From IMG/VR virus record IMGVR_UViG_3300031963_000072, positions 17,921-81,920 of that record: 64,000 nt of DNA. One strand, given 5' to 3'. A program made the translations under genes and the position numbers. The notes under the pieces are model-generated. The model saw only the letters and a list, made by a program, of their open reading frames with translations, was not told the origin of the DNA and did not search any database. Of the stretch, positions 53,933 to 63,607 are shown one piece after another (position 1 is the first letter of the stretch; each line of letters starts with the position of its first letter). Origin of the DNA: a virus.

Positions 53933-56900
53933 TTATTGAGAACCTGGGACTCCCGAAGCGTGGAGCGCTGTGTTGCCCGCAGGATTGCTCTTCACGAGAA
54001 CCGCCTTGTTGCCCTTGTCAGATTTGTCAAGAGCGAAGTTGATTCTGTCTCTTATGATGGACTTGTTGTTGCCTATCATGATCTTCTCGATCTCCTGTGC
54101 GTCCATCGAGACGTTAAAGGATACGTGGATGACCACTTCCTTGCTGTTTACTGTGTAGACGCCTGAAGATCCAAGACCGACCGATCCTGCAACTTGAGTC
54201 AAGCGGGCGCCTATGTTGATCTTTTCCAGAGCTGCAAGGGAGTCGTCCATCTTCTGGGTCGCGGCCACCATCTGTTGTACCGCAAGGAGAGACTTCGCGA
54301 TGGATGTCTTAATGACGTCACCTGAAAATGCGGCTGTTGATTTCACGAACTTCTCAAGCTCAGCTGAAAGTTCAGAAGCCTGTACTATCATGGTCTTTAT
54401 CTTTGGGGCTTGAGTAGCGGCCAGATCGAGCGCGGCGGTGCCGTGCTGTGTGATCGCCATGATAGCTTCAGTGATTCCATACCTGATCGTCATGAACTTG
54501 TCGTGTATCTGTGTGCCTCCCGGGACCGGAACTTTCATGATTTCATTGAGAGAATTTGCTGTCTCACTCAATTCTCTGAACATCTTGGCTATCTTGGGAG
54601 ACCAGACTTCTGTGAGAGATAGATAGTGACCCATCTTGCTCTCTCCTATTTCAGTGCCAGACGTGGTGACGACCTTGATGGCATCGACTATCGAATCTTG
54701 CAACTTCTTAAAAACAGCTTGCACTTTTCCATAATCGAGGGAGCCTATTCTGTCAACAGCGAGCTTTGTCATTCCACCAATATCTGCAAGATTTGCGAAG
54801 ATTCCTTGTATCTTCTGCATCTGAAGGAAGGCCTTGTTGACACTTTCCTCGTTTTTCGGATCTATAACAGACCAGTTGACATCATCAAGCTTTGCCTTCA
54901 CGGCCGCTAACTTGTCTTTAATGTTAAATCCTTTGTCCATTACCTTCTTAGCAAGCTCGTCGAGCTGCTTAAATCTCTCGGCGGCGTTCTGTATGGTAAC
55001 GGGCCCAAGCGCATCGAGCTGTCGCTTCTCTGCCTCTTTCGCCATTCTCTCTTCGTATTCTTTGGTTCCTTTTATTAAGGCGCGATCTTCCTTTTCTTTT
55101 TTTGCTAAAAGATCTTTTACAACTCTATTATTCTCTTCAATGTAAGCGTCTGCTATTTGCTCGGCTTCTCCCTTTGCTCCCATTCCAAAGATGCTTCTCA
55201 CACCAGCTAAGAAGCCAGTTCCATGTGCCTCTTCTCGATCTTTAAGCAATTTGATATTTCTGTCACTTGCAGCTTTTAGCTTATCAGCTGTTGACATATT
55301 TTGATCATTAATCTTTTCTATAAATTCATTGTGGTTGACAGCTTTAGAAGCCTTTTCAGACTCAGAGGCAATTGCATCATTCGCGGCTGTAAAAGCCAAA
55401 GCTGCAATAGCAACAGTTGCAGCTATAGCTGCTGTAACTGGATTTGAAAGAAAACTTGTGAGACGGGAAATAAGTCCAGGATTACTTCCGGCTGACGTTG
55501 CACCCGCTGCAAGACTTTCCGTTGCAGCTGTTGCAACTCTTTGACCGCCTTCAGCAATTGCCTTTTTTGCAGCAGCTTTTTCAAAAGCACCGGAAACTAC
55601 ATCCGTTACAGAGGAGACAATCTTCTTCTCAAGTGCTTTTTCTGCAAGTTTCCTCGTAAGACTGCCGAGTAGAGCACTGCTAATTGCGGGACCGAACTGG
55701 ATGGTGGCTGCTAGCCCTATCTGCTCCCACGTCGCCGCGTGGAAGATGGCTTTGAGACCCTCCCACAATCCTTCCTTGATCTTGAACATCAACTCTATGG
55801 CAAGATCTCTTAGTGCAGGGTACAATTCCTTCCAAGCAAACTTAAGCGCTTCTCCCAGGGGCCCGAATACATCTCCAAGCATCTTAGCGAAACCTGAAGC
55901 GGCAGGAATTCCTCGCTTAAATTCTTCTTTGTCAGAAATCCACGATGTTAAGGTCTTTATCGCATCTCGAGCGAAAGGAATTGCCTTCTCTGTGAGAAAC
56001 TTGGAGACAGATCCTACGATGTCAGAGAAGAACTTCTTTACCTTGAGCGTCGTTGGACCTGGATTTTCCATCTCACTTGTGAAGGAAGCATAGAGTTCTT
56101 TTGTCTTCTCCCAGATCATCTCCCCGGTCTTCGTGACGATGACTAGAACGGCTTTCCCAAACTTCTTGAATCCTTCCTTGACCTTCTCGCCAGACGGGCC
56201 GCCCGTGAAGTCTTTGAATATAAGCTTAAGTCTGTCGACAAAGTCTTCGATCTTGCCGCTGCCGCCTGTCTTGAAGACGTCAAACGCACGCAGAACGTCG
56301 TCGAACATCTTTTTAAATCTCTTCGGATCGAACACCTCTTTGATGCCGTCGAATATCTCGCTTACGCCCGGGAAGAACTTGACAAATTCTTTTCCAAACT
56401 TGACACCTTCCTGCGTGGCAATCCTGAGGACTTGTTTGACATTCATCATCATGCCGACGAATTCTTTGGACGTCTGTATTCCCCTGAAGAATCCTTCAAG
56501 GAAGTGATCCATCACACCGCCTGCGCCGCCGCCTCCAGACGGGAACGTTCTCTTGATCGAATCTCCGAGGGCCTTTATAGCCTCAGCCTGACTCATCGTT
56601 GCCTTCTCTGCTTTCTCTGCCTGGGTTCTCATGTTGTCAAGAGAGACACCTGCATTCTTAGCAGCGAAAGCTGAGTTCATCAGTTCGTCAGACATGCCTG
56701 TCTGTTGTTTGATGAACATCCTGTCCTGATAAGTGAGCTGAGACATGTCCTTGCCAGTTTTGGCAAAGGCTTTTCTAAGCAGCTCAACCTTATCGGCAGG
56801 ATTCTGAGCCATCATCATCTCTGTAGCATCGATGTTAGTGCCGTACTGCTCATTCAACTTCGACATGCCTTCAGCTGCCTGATCGTAGGTGGCTGTCTGG

Positions 56901-57928
56901 TCCATTATTGCAGTCAGCTTATCGACAGATACACCGAGCTTGTTCGCAAATGTTGCAGCGACGGAAAGCTCTTTGGTGGAGAGATGTCCGAAGTGCGCGA
57001 GGTCACCCATCGCTTTGGCCATGTCTTTTGAGATGACCTTGGCGTTGACTCCAAAGGCCTTGCTCATTCCAAGAGCCTGCTTCGTCATCTCGTTCTGCAC
57101 GACTGCGATGTCTTTGCCCATCCTGAGGGCGTTGGACGCGAGAGTTCCCATCTGCTCGTTTGTGATGCCAAGACCTCTCTGGTATAGCATCATGGCAACT
57201 CCGTTCTCTTTCACTTCCCCCTGAAAGACCTGGAAAGCTGCACCCATTCCTTGGGCCATTTCGGTGACGGCCTTTATTCTGCCAGCTAAGTTGCCAAAGA
57301 TGAGATACGAAGGAACCCCGGATTGGTTCATCGTCTCGACGTTCTTTGCTGTGTCTATTATGGCTCGAGACGATTCAGACTTTAAGTCTCCAAACGATTC
57401 TCTGACGTTCTCAAGAGCCTCAAGAAGTTCGTTGGATCCACCGGCAGAAGCCATCTTAAAGAGACCTGCCATCATCTTAAAGGGTATTGCAAGTATTGAC
57501 TTTCCTATCTCAAATATTCCGCCGGCGACAGATCCGAAAAATCCCAGAACGCTTTGCCCTAAAGCGACTATATTTTTAAATCCTTGCAAAAGTCCTGAAA
57601 AAGCTTTTCCTGCAAACAATATGCCTTTAGAAAGTTTTGCTCCGGAAGTTGAAACCTCTTTGAAAGTTTGAGAAGCACTGCGCGAGGCCTTCTCATTCTT
57701 TAGGACCTCCTTAGTGACTTTCTTCCAAGATTCAGGATCGAGTCCCTTTCCGTCCTGGTTGGAGATAGCATGCATCAGCTTTGCGACTTCCTCCATAGCG
57801 TCGCGCATCTGGGTGACGACCTTCAACTGTCGCTGAAAGGCGTCGAGAGCTTCTTCTGCGTACTTGCCGGCGAGTTTTGCATTCTCAGCAAGCTCACCTG
57901 CAGCCTTTGGATCCATCTCACCGGCCAT
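53933..57928 (-). CDS. tape measure protein
   Basis: 1331 aa helical A/G/K/M-rich protein with F/W-periodic amphipathic stretches, downstream of tube and chaperones. Confidence 0.85.
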   Translation of the reverse strand: MAGEMDPKAAGELAENAKLAGKYAEEALDAFQRQLKVVTQMRDAMEEVAKLMHAISNQDGKGLDPESWKKVTKEVLKNEKASRSASQTFKEVSTSGAKLSKGILFAGKAFSGLLQGFKNIVALGQSVLGFFGSVAGGIFEIGKSILAIPFKMMAGLFKMASAGGSNELLEALENVRESFGDLKSESSRAIIDTAKNVETMNQSGVPSYLIFGNLAGRIKAVTEMAQGMGAAFQVFQGEVKENGVAMMLYQRGLGITNEQMGTLASNALRMGKDIAVVQNEMTKQALGMSKAFGVNAKVISKDMAKAMGDLAHFGHLSTKELSVAATFANKLGVSVDKLTAIMDQTATYDQAAEGMSKLNEQYGTNIDATEMMMAQNPADKVELLRKAFAKTGKDMSQLTYQDRMFIKQQTGMSDELMNSAFAAKNAGVSLDNMRTQAEKAEKATMSQAEAIKALGDSIKRTFPSGGGGAGGVMDHFLEGFFRGIQTSKEFVGMMMNVKQVLRIATQEGVKFGKEFVKFFPGVSEIFDGIKEVFDPKRFKKMFDDVLRAFDVFKTGGSGKIEDFVDRLKLIFKDFTGGPSGEKVKEGFKKFGKAVLVIVTKTGEMIWEKTKELYASFTSEMENPGPTTLKVKKFFSDIVGSVSKFLTEKAIPFARDAIKTLTSWISDKEEFKRGIPAASGFAKMLGDVFGPLGEALKFAWKELYPALRDLAIELMFKIKEGLWEGLKAIFHAATWEQIGLAATIQFGPAISSALLGSLTRKLAEKALEKKIVSSVTDVVSGAFEKAAAKKAIAEGGQRVATAATESLAAGATSAGSNPGLISRLTSFLSNPVTAAIAATVAIAALAFTAANDAIASESEKASKAVNHNEFIEKINDQNMSTADKLKAASDRNIKLLKDREEAHGTGFLAGVRSIFGMGAKGEAEQIADAYIEENNRVVKDLLAKKEKEDRALIKGTKEYEERMAKEAEKRQLDALGPVTIQNAAERFKQLDELAKKVMDKGFNIKDKLAAVKAKLDDVNWSVIDPKNEESVNKAFLQMQKIQGIFANLADIGGMTKLAVDRIGSLDYGKVQAVFKKLQDSIVDAIKVVTTSGTEIGESKMGHYLSLTEVWSPKIAKMFRELSETANSLNEIMKVPVPGGTQIHDKFMTIRYGITEAIMAITQHGTAALDLAATQAPKIKTMIVQASELSAELEKFVKSTAAFSGDVIKTSIAKSLLAVQQMVAATQKMDDSLAALEKINIGARLTQVAGSVGLGSSGVYTVNSKEVVIHVSFNVSMDAQEIEKIMIGNNKSIIRDRINFALDKSDKGNKAVLVKSNPAGNTALHASGVPGSQ

Positions 57929-57942
57929 CTTTATCCCTCAGA

Positions 57943-58239
57943 TCAAAGAGGCCAGCGAACCCCAAGAACTCTTTCGAACTCTGCTGCAGTAGCATGCTTG
58001 AGACGCAGCTTCTGTGAGACAGACTCCAGGGTTGCACCAGGCTTGCGAAGTTCTTCATGAAATCTCTTGGATGCCATGAGTGCGTTCGCGACAGCTCGAA
58101 TCTCTTCCTTCGTGCCTCTTATCTTTGTATTCACAGGCTTTCCTACAAGCCAAGCGCCGAGGGAGGCTAAAAGAAGCTTTCCCGTCGTGTTAAGATAAAA
58201 CTCTTCCTTAAGATCCCCGGTTTCCTGGGTAGACTCCAT
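57943..58239 (-). CDS. hypothetical protein
   Basis: GAGGTG SD before ATG 58239. Confidence 0.65.
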   Translation of the reverse strand: MESTQETGDLKEEFYLNTTGKLLLASLGAWLVGKPVNTKIRGTKEEIRAVANALMASKRFHEELRKPGATLESVSQKLRLKHATAAEFERVLGVRWPL

Positions 58240-58296
58240 GCTAATCACCTCTCAACAGAGGGTAAATAAGAGGAAACAAAAAAAGATGCTGATAAT

Positions 58297-58569
58297 TTAA
58301 GTGAAACGTCTCAATCTTGAGGGAGACTGATCGCGAGTACGACCCTGCATTGACCTCACGTCTGGTGAGTTCTGATGCAAGGCCCTGCTCTGCGTCTGTC
58401 CTGACTCTGAAGTCCGCGTTAATTCTCTATTAATTCTTTCTATGAACCACCGTTTGTAGAAGACAGGCATATTTCTGATCTCGCTCCACGTGAAGCCGCC
58501 GTAGTATATCAGGAGAAACGCCGGCTCCATCACGAGAGCTTCTCTATCTTCCGGACGAAGGCCAAAGAA
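58297..58569 (-). CDS. tail assembly chaperone, downstream frame (probably reached by frameshift)
   Basis: Frame open upstream of GTG 58533, reading FFGLRPEDRE..., L.YYGGFTWSE..NMP...R.WF. Confidence 0.7.
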   Translation of the reverse strand, partial: FFGLRPEDREALVMEPAFLLIYYGGFTWSEIRNMPVFYKRWFIERINRELTRTSESGQTQSRALHQNSPDVRSMQGRTRDQSPSRLRRFT

Positions 58570-59416
58570 ACGTGACGCCGAGTGGCATGCTCACCTCCTC
58601 GGAGTGACCGCAAGAGGAACAGGTCGTCTCCTGCTTCATGATGATACCAGGCTCGTTGTCTCGCATGTAGTTGCGGAGAGCGAGAGAGTCACGTGCGGGC
58701 ATAACCTTAACAAAACTGGCTATCTTTGCTCTATCTTCTATGCCGTCAATCGACTGTATGGAGTAGAGGAGGCTTGTCGTGACGTTATTGTCGGAAGGAA
58801 GACCCAACTTCTTTTGCTTCTCAGCAAGAACCATCATCTCTTCCTCATCTCGACCGGTCATGAACTTGAATTTAACGTTCTTCTTTGAGACTGGGAGATT
58901 GAAATCAAAGAGATTCATACCAGGAATTACGGGATCGATCTCAAGACGCTTGATCGGTAATTCTCCAAGATTAAACTCGTGCTGCGACTTGACGTTACAT
59001 TCGGGACATTCCATTTCAACGGCGTATTCAGGACCATACCCAGTGATTCTAACAGCAACCATAAGAGCATTTCTATCGCCGCTGAGAAGGTCAAGTACGT
59101 TGACGGACTTATCAACGAGGCAAGACTTGATGAGCTCTGTGATGACCGTTCCCTTCTTGAGGAGAGCTCGAGAAGTCAAGATGTCTTCGTCTCTCGCAGT
59201 CATGGCTCTTATCTCTACGGTCTCCATGCCGTAAAGAGAGGAGTCCTGCGAGTACACTTTTCCGCTCGATGGTAGAGGAACGATTTCTTGTGGAATCTCA
59301 AGTCCAAAGTCTGCCTTTACCCTGTCTGCCTGCGACATCTTGGGCATCCTTGGGTCGACGCCTGCGGGACCCTGGTTTGCGAAAATTGCGTTCTTCTGCT
59401 CTCTATCGTCTGACAT
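58544..59416 (-). CDS. tail/baseplate assembly chaperone (T4 gp26-like)
   Basis: LPS.G..Y, MTA.DEDIL, L..GDR.A.....R...YG..Y, two CxxC, FLWP end. Confidence 0.8.
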   Translation of the reverse strand: MSDDREQKNAIFANQGPAGVDPRMPKMSQADRVKADFGLEIPQEIVPLPSSGKVYSQDSSLYGMETVEIRAMTARDEDILTSRALLKKGTVITELIKSCLVDKSVNVLDLLSGDRNALMVAVRITGYGPEYAVEMECPECNVKSQHEFNLGELPIKRLEIDPVIPGMNLFDFNLPVSKKNVKFKFMTGRDEEEMMVLAEKQKKLGLPSDNNVTTSLLYSIQSIDGIEDRAKIASFVKVMPARDSLALRNYMRDNEPGIIMKQETTCSSCGHSEEVSMPLGVTFLWPSSGR

Positions 59417-59535
59417 GTTGATTGCTCTCTCCTGTGTCTTATGAGATTATACTAAAGTCTGAGCAAGTAAATAAAACATCTAAAAAAACCAACCTAAATT
59501 TGTAGATTTATAAATGAATTTCTGGTGTAGAAAAG

Positions 59536-59542
59536 ATAATTA
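59536..59542 (+). promoter_or_regulatory. class B promoter ATAATTA for plus-strand cassette
   Basis: Recurrent motif followed by AAGGTG SD-like sites. Confidence 0.55.
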
Positions 59543-59561
59543 AGGTGAACAAGGTGAAACA

Positions 59562-59957
59562 ATGTCTCTAAACCATCCAGTACAGGGCGAGGGTTACGTC
59601 GCAGCATATCAAATATCGGCAACTCCGTTCGTCACATCATCGACTGTGTCTCTCGGTTCGACGAGGCAGATAGTCTTTCCGCAGATAACGAGATTTATCA
59701 CAATAAAGAACACGAGTACTTCCGGGAACACCATCGCTGTCGCATTCACGGCGGGTGGTCTACTTCCTGCGAACTCCAATTACTTCACGCTCAGCGGTTC
59801 TGAGTCGTTCTCCGGTGAGCTAAGAACTGACAGAATATTCATTTCAGGCTCTACGGGAGCAACGAATGCTTTCACAGTAGTGGCAGGTCTCACGTTCATT
59901 CCCTCGAAGATGCTCACCCCCATCACAGGATCGAACGGATTCCAGGGCGTTGGCTGA
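59562..59957 (+). CDS. beta-rich hypothetical protein (putative structural)
   Basis: 131 aa S/T/G-rich. Confidence 0.7.
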   Translation: MSLNHPVQGEGYVAAYQISATPFVTSSTVSLGSTRQIVFPQITRFITIKNTSTSGNTIAVAFTAGGLLPANSNYFTLSGSESFSGELRTDRIFISGSTGATNAFTVVAGLTFIPSKMLTPITGSNGFQGVG

Positions 59958-59960
59958 AAC

Positions 59961-60851
59961 ATGGGAACGATCATCAATTCTCCCGTAGTGATAGCGGGCG
60001 CAGTTAGATTCGGTGCATCATCACAGCCGCCTCCTAGCGTAGAGTATCTCGTGGTTGCAGGTGGCGGTGGAGGAGGATCCGGGGGTGACTCGAACAACGG
60101 TGGTGGTGGAGGTGGCGGAGCCGGAGGCTTGCTTACGGGAACCGAATCCATCACGAGTGGGTTATCCTATGCCATAACGATCGGTGCCGGAGGCGGAGGT
60201 TCAACAAATGGTTTCGCGGCGGCCAACGGCAGCAACACAACTGCACTCAGCGCAATTGCGATTGGAGGCGGTCGAGGTGGATCGAGGAGAGATGGCGGAA
60301 CTTTTTCCGGAGGTGGGAACGGAGGTTCAGGCGGTGGCGCGCATGGTAGCTCTGGTGCATCTGGTGCTGGCACTGCTGGTCCGCCGCGACAGGGCTACAA
60401 TGGTGGTGCAGCGGGAGGCACAGTCGCGGCCGGTGGAGGTGGTGGAGCAGGCGCCGCTGGTGGGAATGGAAGCGGTACAACTTCCGGTAACGGTGGCATC
60501 GGTGCCCTCTCTTCGATCGCGGGCATTGCTACGTACTACGCAGGTGGTGGTGGAGGCGGAGGAAACTCTGTCCCCGGTACCCCAGGATCAGGTGGTGCCG
60601 GTGGCGGAGGAAATGGTGCCGTGATCTACAGCACAGCTGCTACAGCAGGAACCGCAAATACGGGTGGCGGTGGAGGAGCTGGTTCTGGATTCGCATCAAG
60701 GGCAGGACAAGCAGGCGGGTCGGGAATAGTGGTGATCCGCTACCCCAACGTCTACAAGGCTGCAACAACAACAGGCAATCCCACAGTATCTAACTCAAAT
60801 GGATACATAACTTACACGTTCACGGGCACAGGAACGATACAGTGGGTGTGA
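59961..60851 (+). CDS. glycine-rich domain protein (putative fibre/adhesin)
   Basis: VEYLVVAGGG, YYAGGGGG, NTGGGGG, GGSGIVVIRY. Confidence 0.8.
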   Translation: MGTIINSPVVIAGAVRFGASSQPPPSVEYLVVAGGGGGGSGGDSNNGGGGGGGAGGLLTGTESITSGLSYAITIGAGGGGSTNGFAAANGSNTTALSAIAIGGGRGGSRRDGGTFSGGGNGGSGGGAHGSSGASGAGTAGPPRQGYNGGAAGGTVAAGGGGGAGAAGGNGSGTTSGNGGIGALSSIAGIATYYAGGGGGGGNSVPGTPGSGGAGGGGNGAVIYSTAATAGTANTGGGGGAGSGFASRAGQAGGSGIVVIRYPNVYKAATTTGNPTVSNSNGYITYTFTGTGTIQWV

Positions 60852-60867
60852 ACTCAGGAGAAGAAAC

Positions 60868-61242
60868 ATGGCACATTTCGCGAGGCTAGATGAAAACAAC
60901 ATAGTAACTGAAGTCTGTGTAGTCAACAACAGCGTTATAACCCACAATGGCGTAGAGTATGAAGATGCGGGAATCGCCTTCCTCACATCCATCACGGGTC
61001 ACGCTTCGTGGAGACAAACAAGCTACAATGGTAACATCAGGAAGAACTACGCAGCTCCCGGTTACACGTATGATCCTTCACGGGAGGCCTTCATTCCTCC
61101 TCAACCATTTCCATCGTGGCTCCTCGATGAGACAACATGCCGCTGGAGAGCTCCCGTTGCCTATCCCGCGGACGGTGGGGATTACATGTGGAATGAGGCA
61201 ACCGTGAGCTGGGATCTCATTGCAGAAACACCCACACCCTGA
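60868..61242 (+). CDS. conserved MAHFA-type protein associated with glycine-rich fibres
   Basis: MAHFA.LD..N.V..V.VV, W.QTSYN...RKNYA..G..YD...AFI.PQP.PSW.L. Confidence 0.8.
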   Translation: MAHFARLDENNIVTEVCVVNNSVITHNGVEYEDAGIAFLTSITGHASWRQTSYNGNIRKNYAAPGYTYDPSREAFIPPQPFPSWLLDETTCRWRAPVAYPADGGDYMWNEATVSWDLIAETPTP

Positions 61243-61251
61243 GGATCAACA

Positions 61252-62085
61252 ATGGCGGTATCGATCAATAATCCCATCACCATCAAAGGTTCCACTCGTT
61301 TCGGTGGAACCATGGTTGCACCCCCAACGGTTGAGTACCTCATCGTTGCAGGAGGTGGAGCAGGTTCGTATAGCAACTACAACAGCGGTGGCGGTGGCGG
61401 AGGTGCCGGTGGTTTGCTCTCGGGCTCCGTTGCGGTTTCTTCCGGCCAGGCCTACACGATCACGGTGGGTGCCGGTGGTAACGCGGCACGGCCCACCATC
61501 ACGAACGGCAACAACTCCTCTGCGTTCGGATTCACCTCGATAGGTGGCGGTAACGGTTTCGGTTCAAGCGGTGGTTCGGGAGGCGGTGCCGATGGCAACA
61601 TGGGCAACTCGTTCGGCCTGGGAACCGCGGGGCAAGGAAACAACGGAGGTGCGGGTGGCACCGGCAGCGGAGGCCAGCAGGGAGCAGGTGGCGGTGGTGG
61701 TGCAGGAGCCGCAGGTGGCAACAGGAGCGGAGGCACATCTGGCGCTGGTGGCATCGGGCGCGTGAGCTCCATCACTGGAACGGCTACCTACTACGCGGGA
61801 GGAGGCGGCGGCGGTGCATCCAACTCGGGCCCTGCAGGAGCGGGCGGCCTCGGAGGAGGTGGTGCAGGCGGCGGCACAGCGGTGGCAGGAACTGCAAACA
61901 CCGGTGGTGGTGGCGGTGGATCTGTCTATTTCGGAACAGGCGCGAACGGTGGCAGCGGGGTCGTCGTCGTGCGACATCTTTCTGCTTATAAAAATGCATC
62001 GACCACAGGCAATCCGACAGTCTCTACTTCAGGAGGCTACACAGCGTACACCTTCACAGGTACCGGCACGATAACGTGGAGCTGA
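61252..62085 (+). CDS. glycine-rich domain protein, paralog of 59961..60851
   Basis: Same conserved blocks as paralog. Confidence 0.8.
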   Translation: MAVSINNPITIKGSTRFGGTMVAPPTVEYLIVAGGGAGSYSNYNSGGGGGGAGGLLSGSVAVSSGQAYTITVGAGGNAARPTITNGNNSSAFGFTSIGGGNGFGSSGGSGGGADGNMGNSFGLGTAGQGNNGGAGGTGSGGQQGAGGGGGAGAAGGNRSGGTSGAGGIGRVSSITGTATYYAGGGGGGASNSGPAGAGGLGGGGAGGGTAVAGTANTGGGGGGSVYFGTGANGGSGVVVVRHLSAYKNASTTGNPTVSTSGGYTAYTFTGTGTITWS

Positions 62086-62116
62086 GGAGTTAATTCTCGT
62101 TTCTGCCGGCCACGTG

Positions 62117-62926
62117 TCAGGCAGGTCCATTTAGCGGGATTATTCCTGAGGTGTGCTGTTCATCGTGGCACTTCTCACACAAAACCACACCTGTGATGTT
62201 GTTCATCTCATGGTACCACGCCACCCACTCGGCGAAGCACTCCTTCCTGTCCCAATCATCTCCTGGTTCGCCGAGAGTCTGAATGCCCTTCTGCATGATC
62301 TCTGCGAATCTCTCTCCATCGTGGTGGACCTCTAAGTCCCTCGTCGACTCGCACTTCGTGCACTTGAATCCCGCAGCTTGAAGCTTTGGGAAGGCCCAGG
62401 TGCGGTAGATCTTCGACCTGCAGAGAGGACCAAGCGCAGAGGTGCCACCTTTCCATTGCGAGTGTGCGGAGCCAGTGAGAGAAGGTATGGCACCAGAAAG
62501 GCGATTGTCTCTCATTAATCTTGAGTATCTTTCGCCGTGCATCTTTTTCATCGTATTACTTGATTTTTGCAATCTATCATCACTCTCTTTTGTCTTACCA
62601 CGATTCCACGGATCGCGACCCCAGAGTCCCTCGTCACGCCGTTTCTTGAGACTCTTCTCCTTAGCTGTCTCGTTGTGACCCCAGTTGTTGTTGACACGTG
62701 ACGAGTGACCGCGGACGTATTTGGCAAATCCACGCTGAAGTGACCAGAATTTAGGCGTTTGACCGCAGCCGCAAGCGCACTTGACTTCGTCTCCGTTCAG
62801 GAAGAGATGACGATACAATTCGATAGATGAGAGCTTGTGCTTCTTTTGACTGTGAATTCTGATAGAGTCTAAGTCTGACGACTGATACTCTTTGCATGTT
62901 GGGCAGGTAAATGTAGAAAGGTCCAC
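62117..62926 (-). CDS. HNH homing-endonuclease-like protein with Zn fingers
   Basis: C2H2-like CPTC..H...H, CACGCG, PWNRG.TKE.D, WKGG, C..C....LEVHH...LC..CH. Confidence 0.75.
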   Translation of the reverse strand: MDLSTFTCPTCKEYQSSDLDSIRIHSQKKHKLSSIELYRHLFLNGDEVKCACGCGQTPKFWSLQRGFAKYVRGHSSRVNNNWGHNETAKEKSLKKRRDEGLWGRDPWNRGKTKESDDRLQKSSNTMKKMHGERYSRLMRDNRLSGAIPSLTGSAHSQWKGGTSALGPLCRSKIYRTWAFPKLQAAGFKCTKCESTRDLEVHHDGERFAEIMQKGIQTLGEPGDDWDRKECFAEWVAWYHEMNNITGVVLCEKCHDEQHTSGIIPLNGPA

Positions 62927-63006
62927 GGTATAAGTATACCACAGACCTCTTTACTTGTATATTCGACGTTTGAGTTTTTGTTCTTCTCTTTTGTCGAATA
63001 TTAATG

Positions 63007-63498
63007 TCAAAATTGAAGTACGCAGTTGTCGAAGCGGAGTGTGAGAGATATCTCCATTGGACCGCCGTCCTCGTAGGTCACCTCTCCGAAGTTCGCCTCG
63101 GTGATGAACGCGCCCTTGATGTCCCAGAGTTCCACGACGGTTCCGACTGGATCGAGCATCTTCAACTGGATGTCACGCTTGTAGAAGTCGGCGTAGCCTG
63201 CACGTCCCGACACCGATTCGAAGTGGGTGCGGATCCACTCCATGACCTGCTGCGCGCCCGAAGGAGCGATTGGGTCGTGGAGGGTGACGGCCATCGTGTT
63301 GAACGTCGTCTTGCCGGCGAGGTAGCGACGTGAGTTGATGAAGGGAACCTCGACCTCTTCCGTCGTGATGGTCGGGCGTGACGATGTCTTGATGATGTAT
63401 GCGTCGATGCCCTCGATCATGAGGACCCAACGGTTCTTGCGCTTGGGTTCGAATTTCGCGGGAATCATTGATTCGACGTTGAGTGTCTCAGCAGCCAT
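63007..63498 (-). CDS. tail tube protein (T4 gp19-like)
   Basis: FEPKR..R, RP, YLAGK..F..M.VTL.DPI.PS..Q.VMEW, YKRD....LDP.G.V.E.W..KG.F. Confidence 0.88.
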   Translation of the reverse strand: MAAETLNVESMIPAKFEPKRKNRWVLMIEGIDAYIIKTSSRPTITTEEVEVPFINSRRYLAGKTTFNTMAVTLHDPIAPSGAQQVMEWIRTHFESVSGRAGYADFYKRDIQLKMLDPVGTVVELWDIKGAFITEANFGEVTYEDGGPMEISLTLRFDNCVLQF

Positions 63499-63535
63499 GT
63501 TATTTCTCCTTTGATCTTTGCAGATTGATCAAGAT

Positions 63536-63542
63536 TAACTAT
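63536..63542 (-). promoter_or_regulatory. class B promoter ATAGTTA for tail tube gene
   Basis: Recurrent motif upstream of a definite late gene. Confidence 0.6.
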
Positions 63543-63607
63543 GAAAAAAATTTTTTTTTTACTATTTTTTTAACGAATCTATAATTCAAACTGAGGTACA
63601 AAAACAG

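Noticed and set aside
16484-57671. Many plus-strand ORFs of 60-230 aa antisense to dnaE, nrdJ, recA, helicase and TMP
   Set aside because: Shadow frames of codon-biased genes; no motifs or promoters
59961-62085. Diversity-generating retroelement TR/VR pair
   Set aside because: The two copies are full paralogous genes differing at all base types; no reverse transcriptase in the window
63544-63571. A7/T10/T7 homopolymer tract as origin or phase-variation site
   Set aside because: Single AT-rich intergenic tract between divergent genes; could be an UP element or sequencing artefact, no further support
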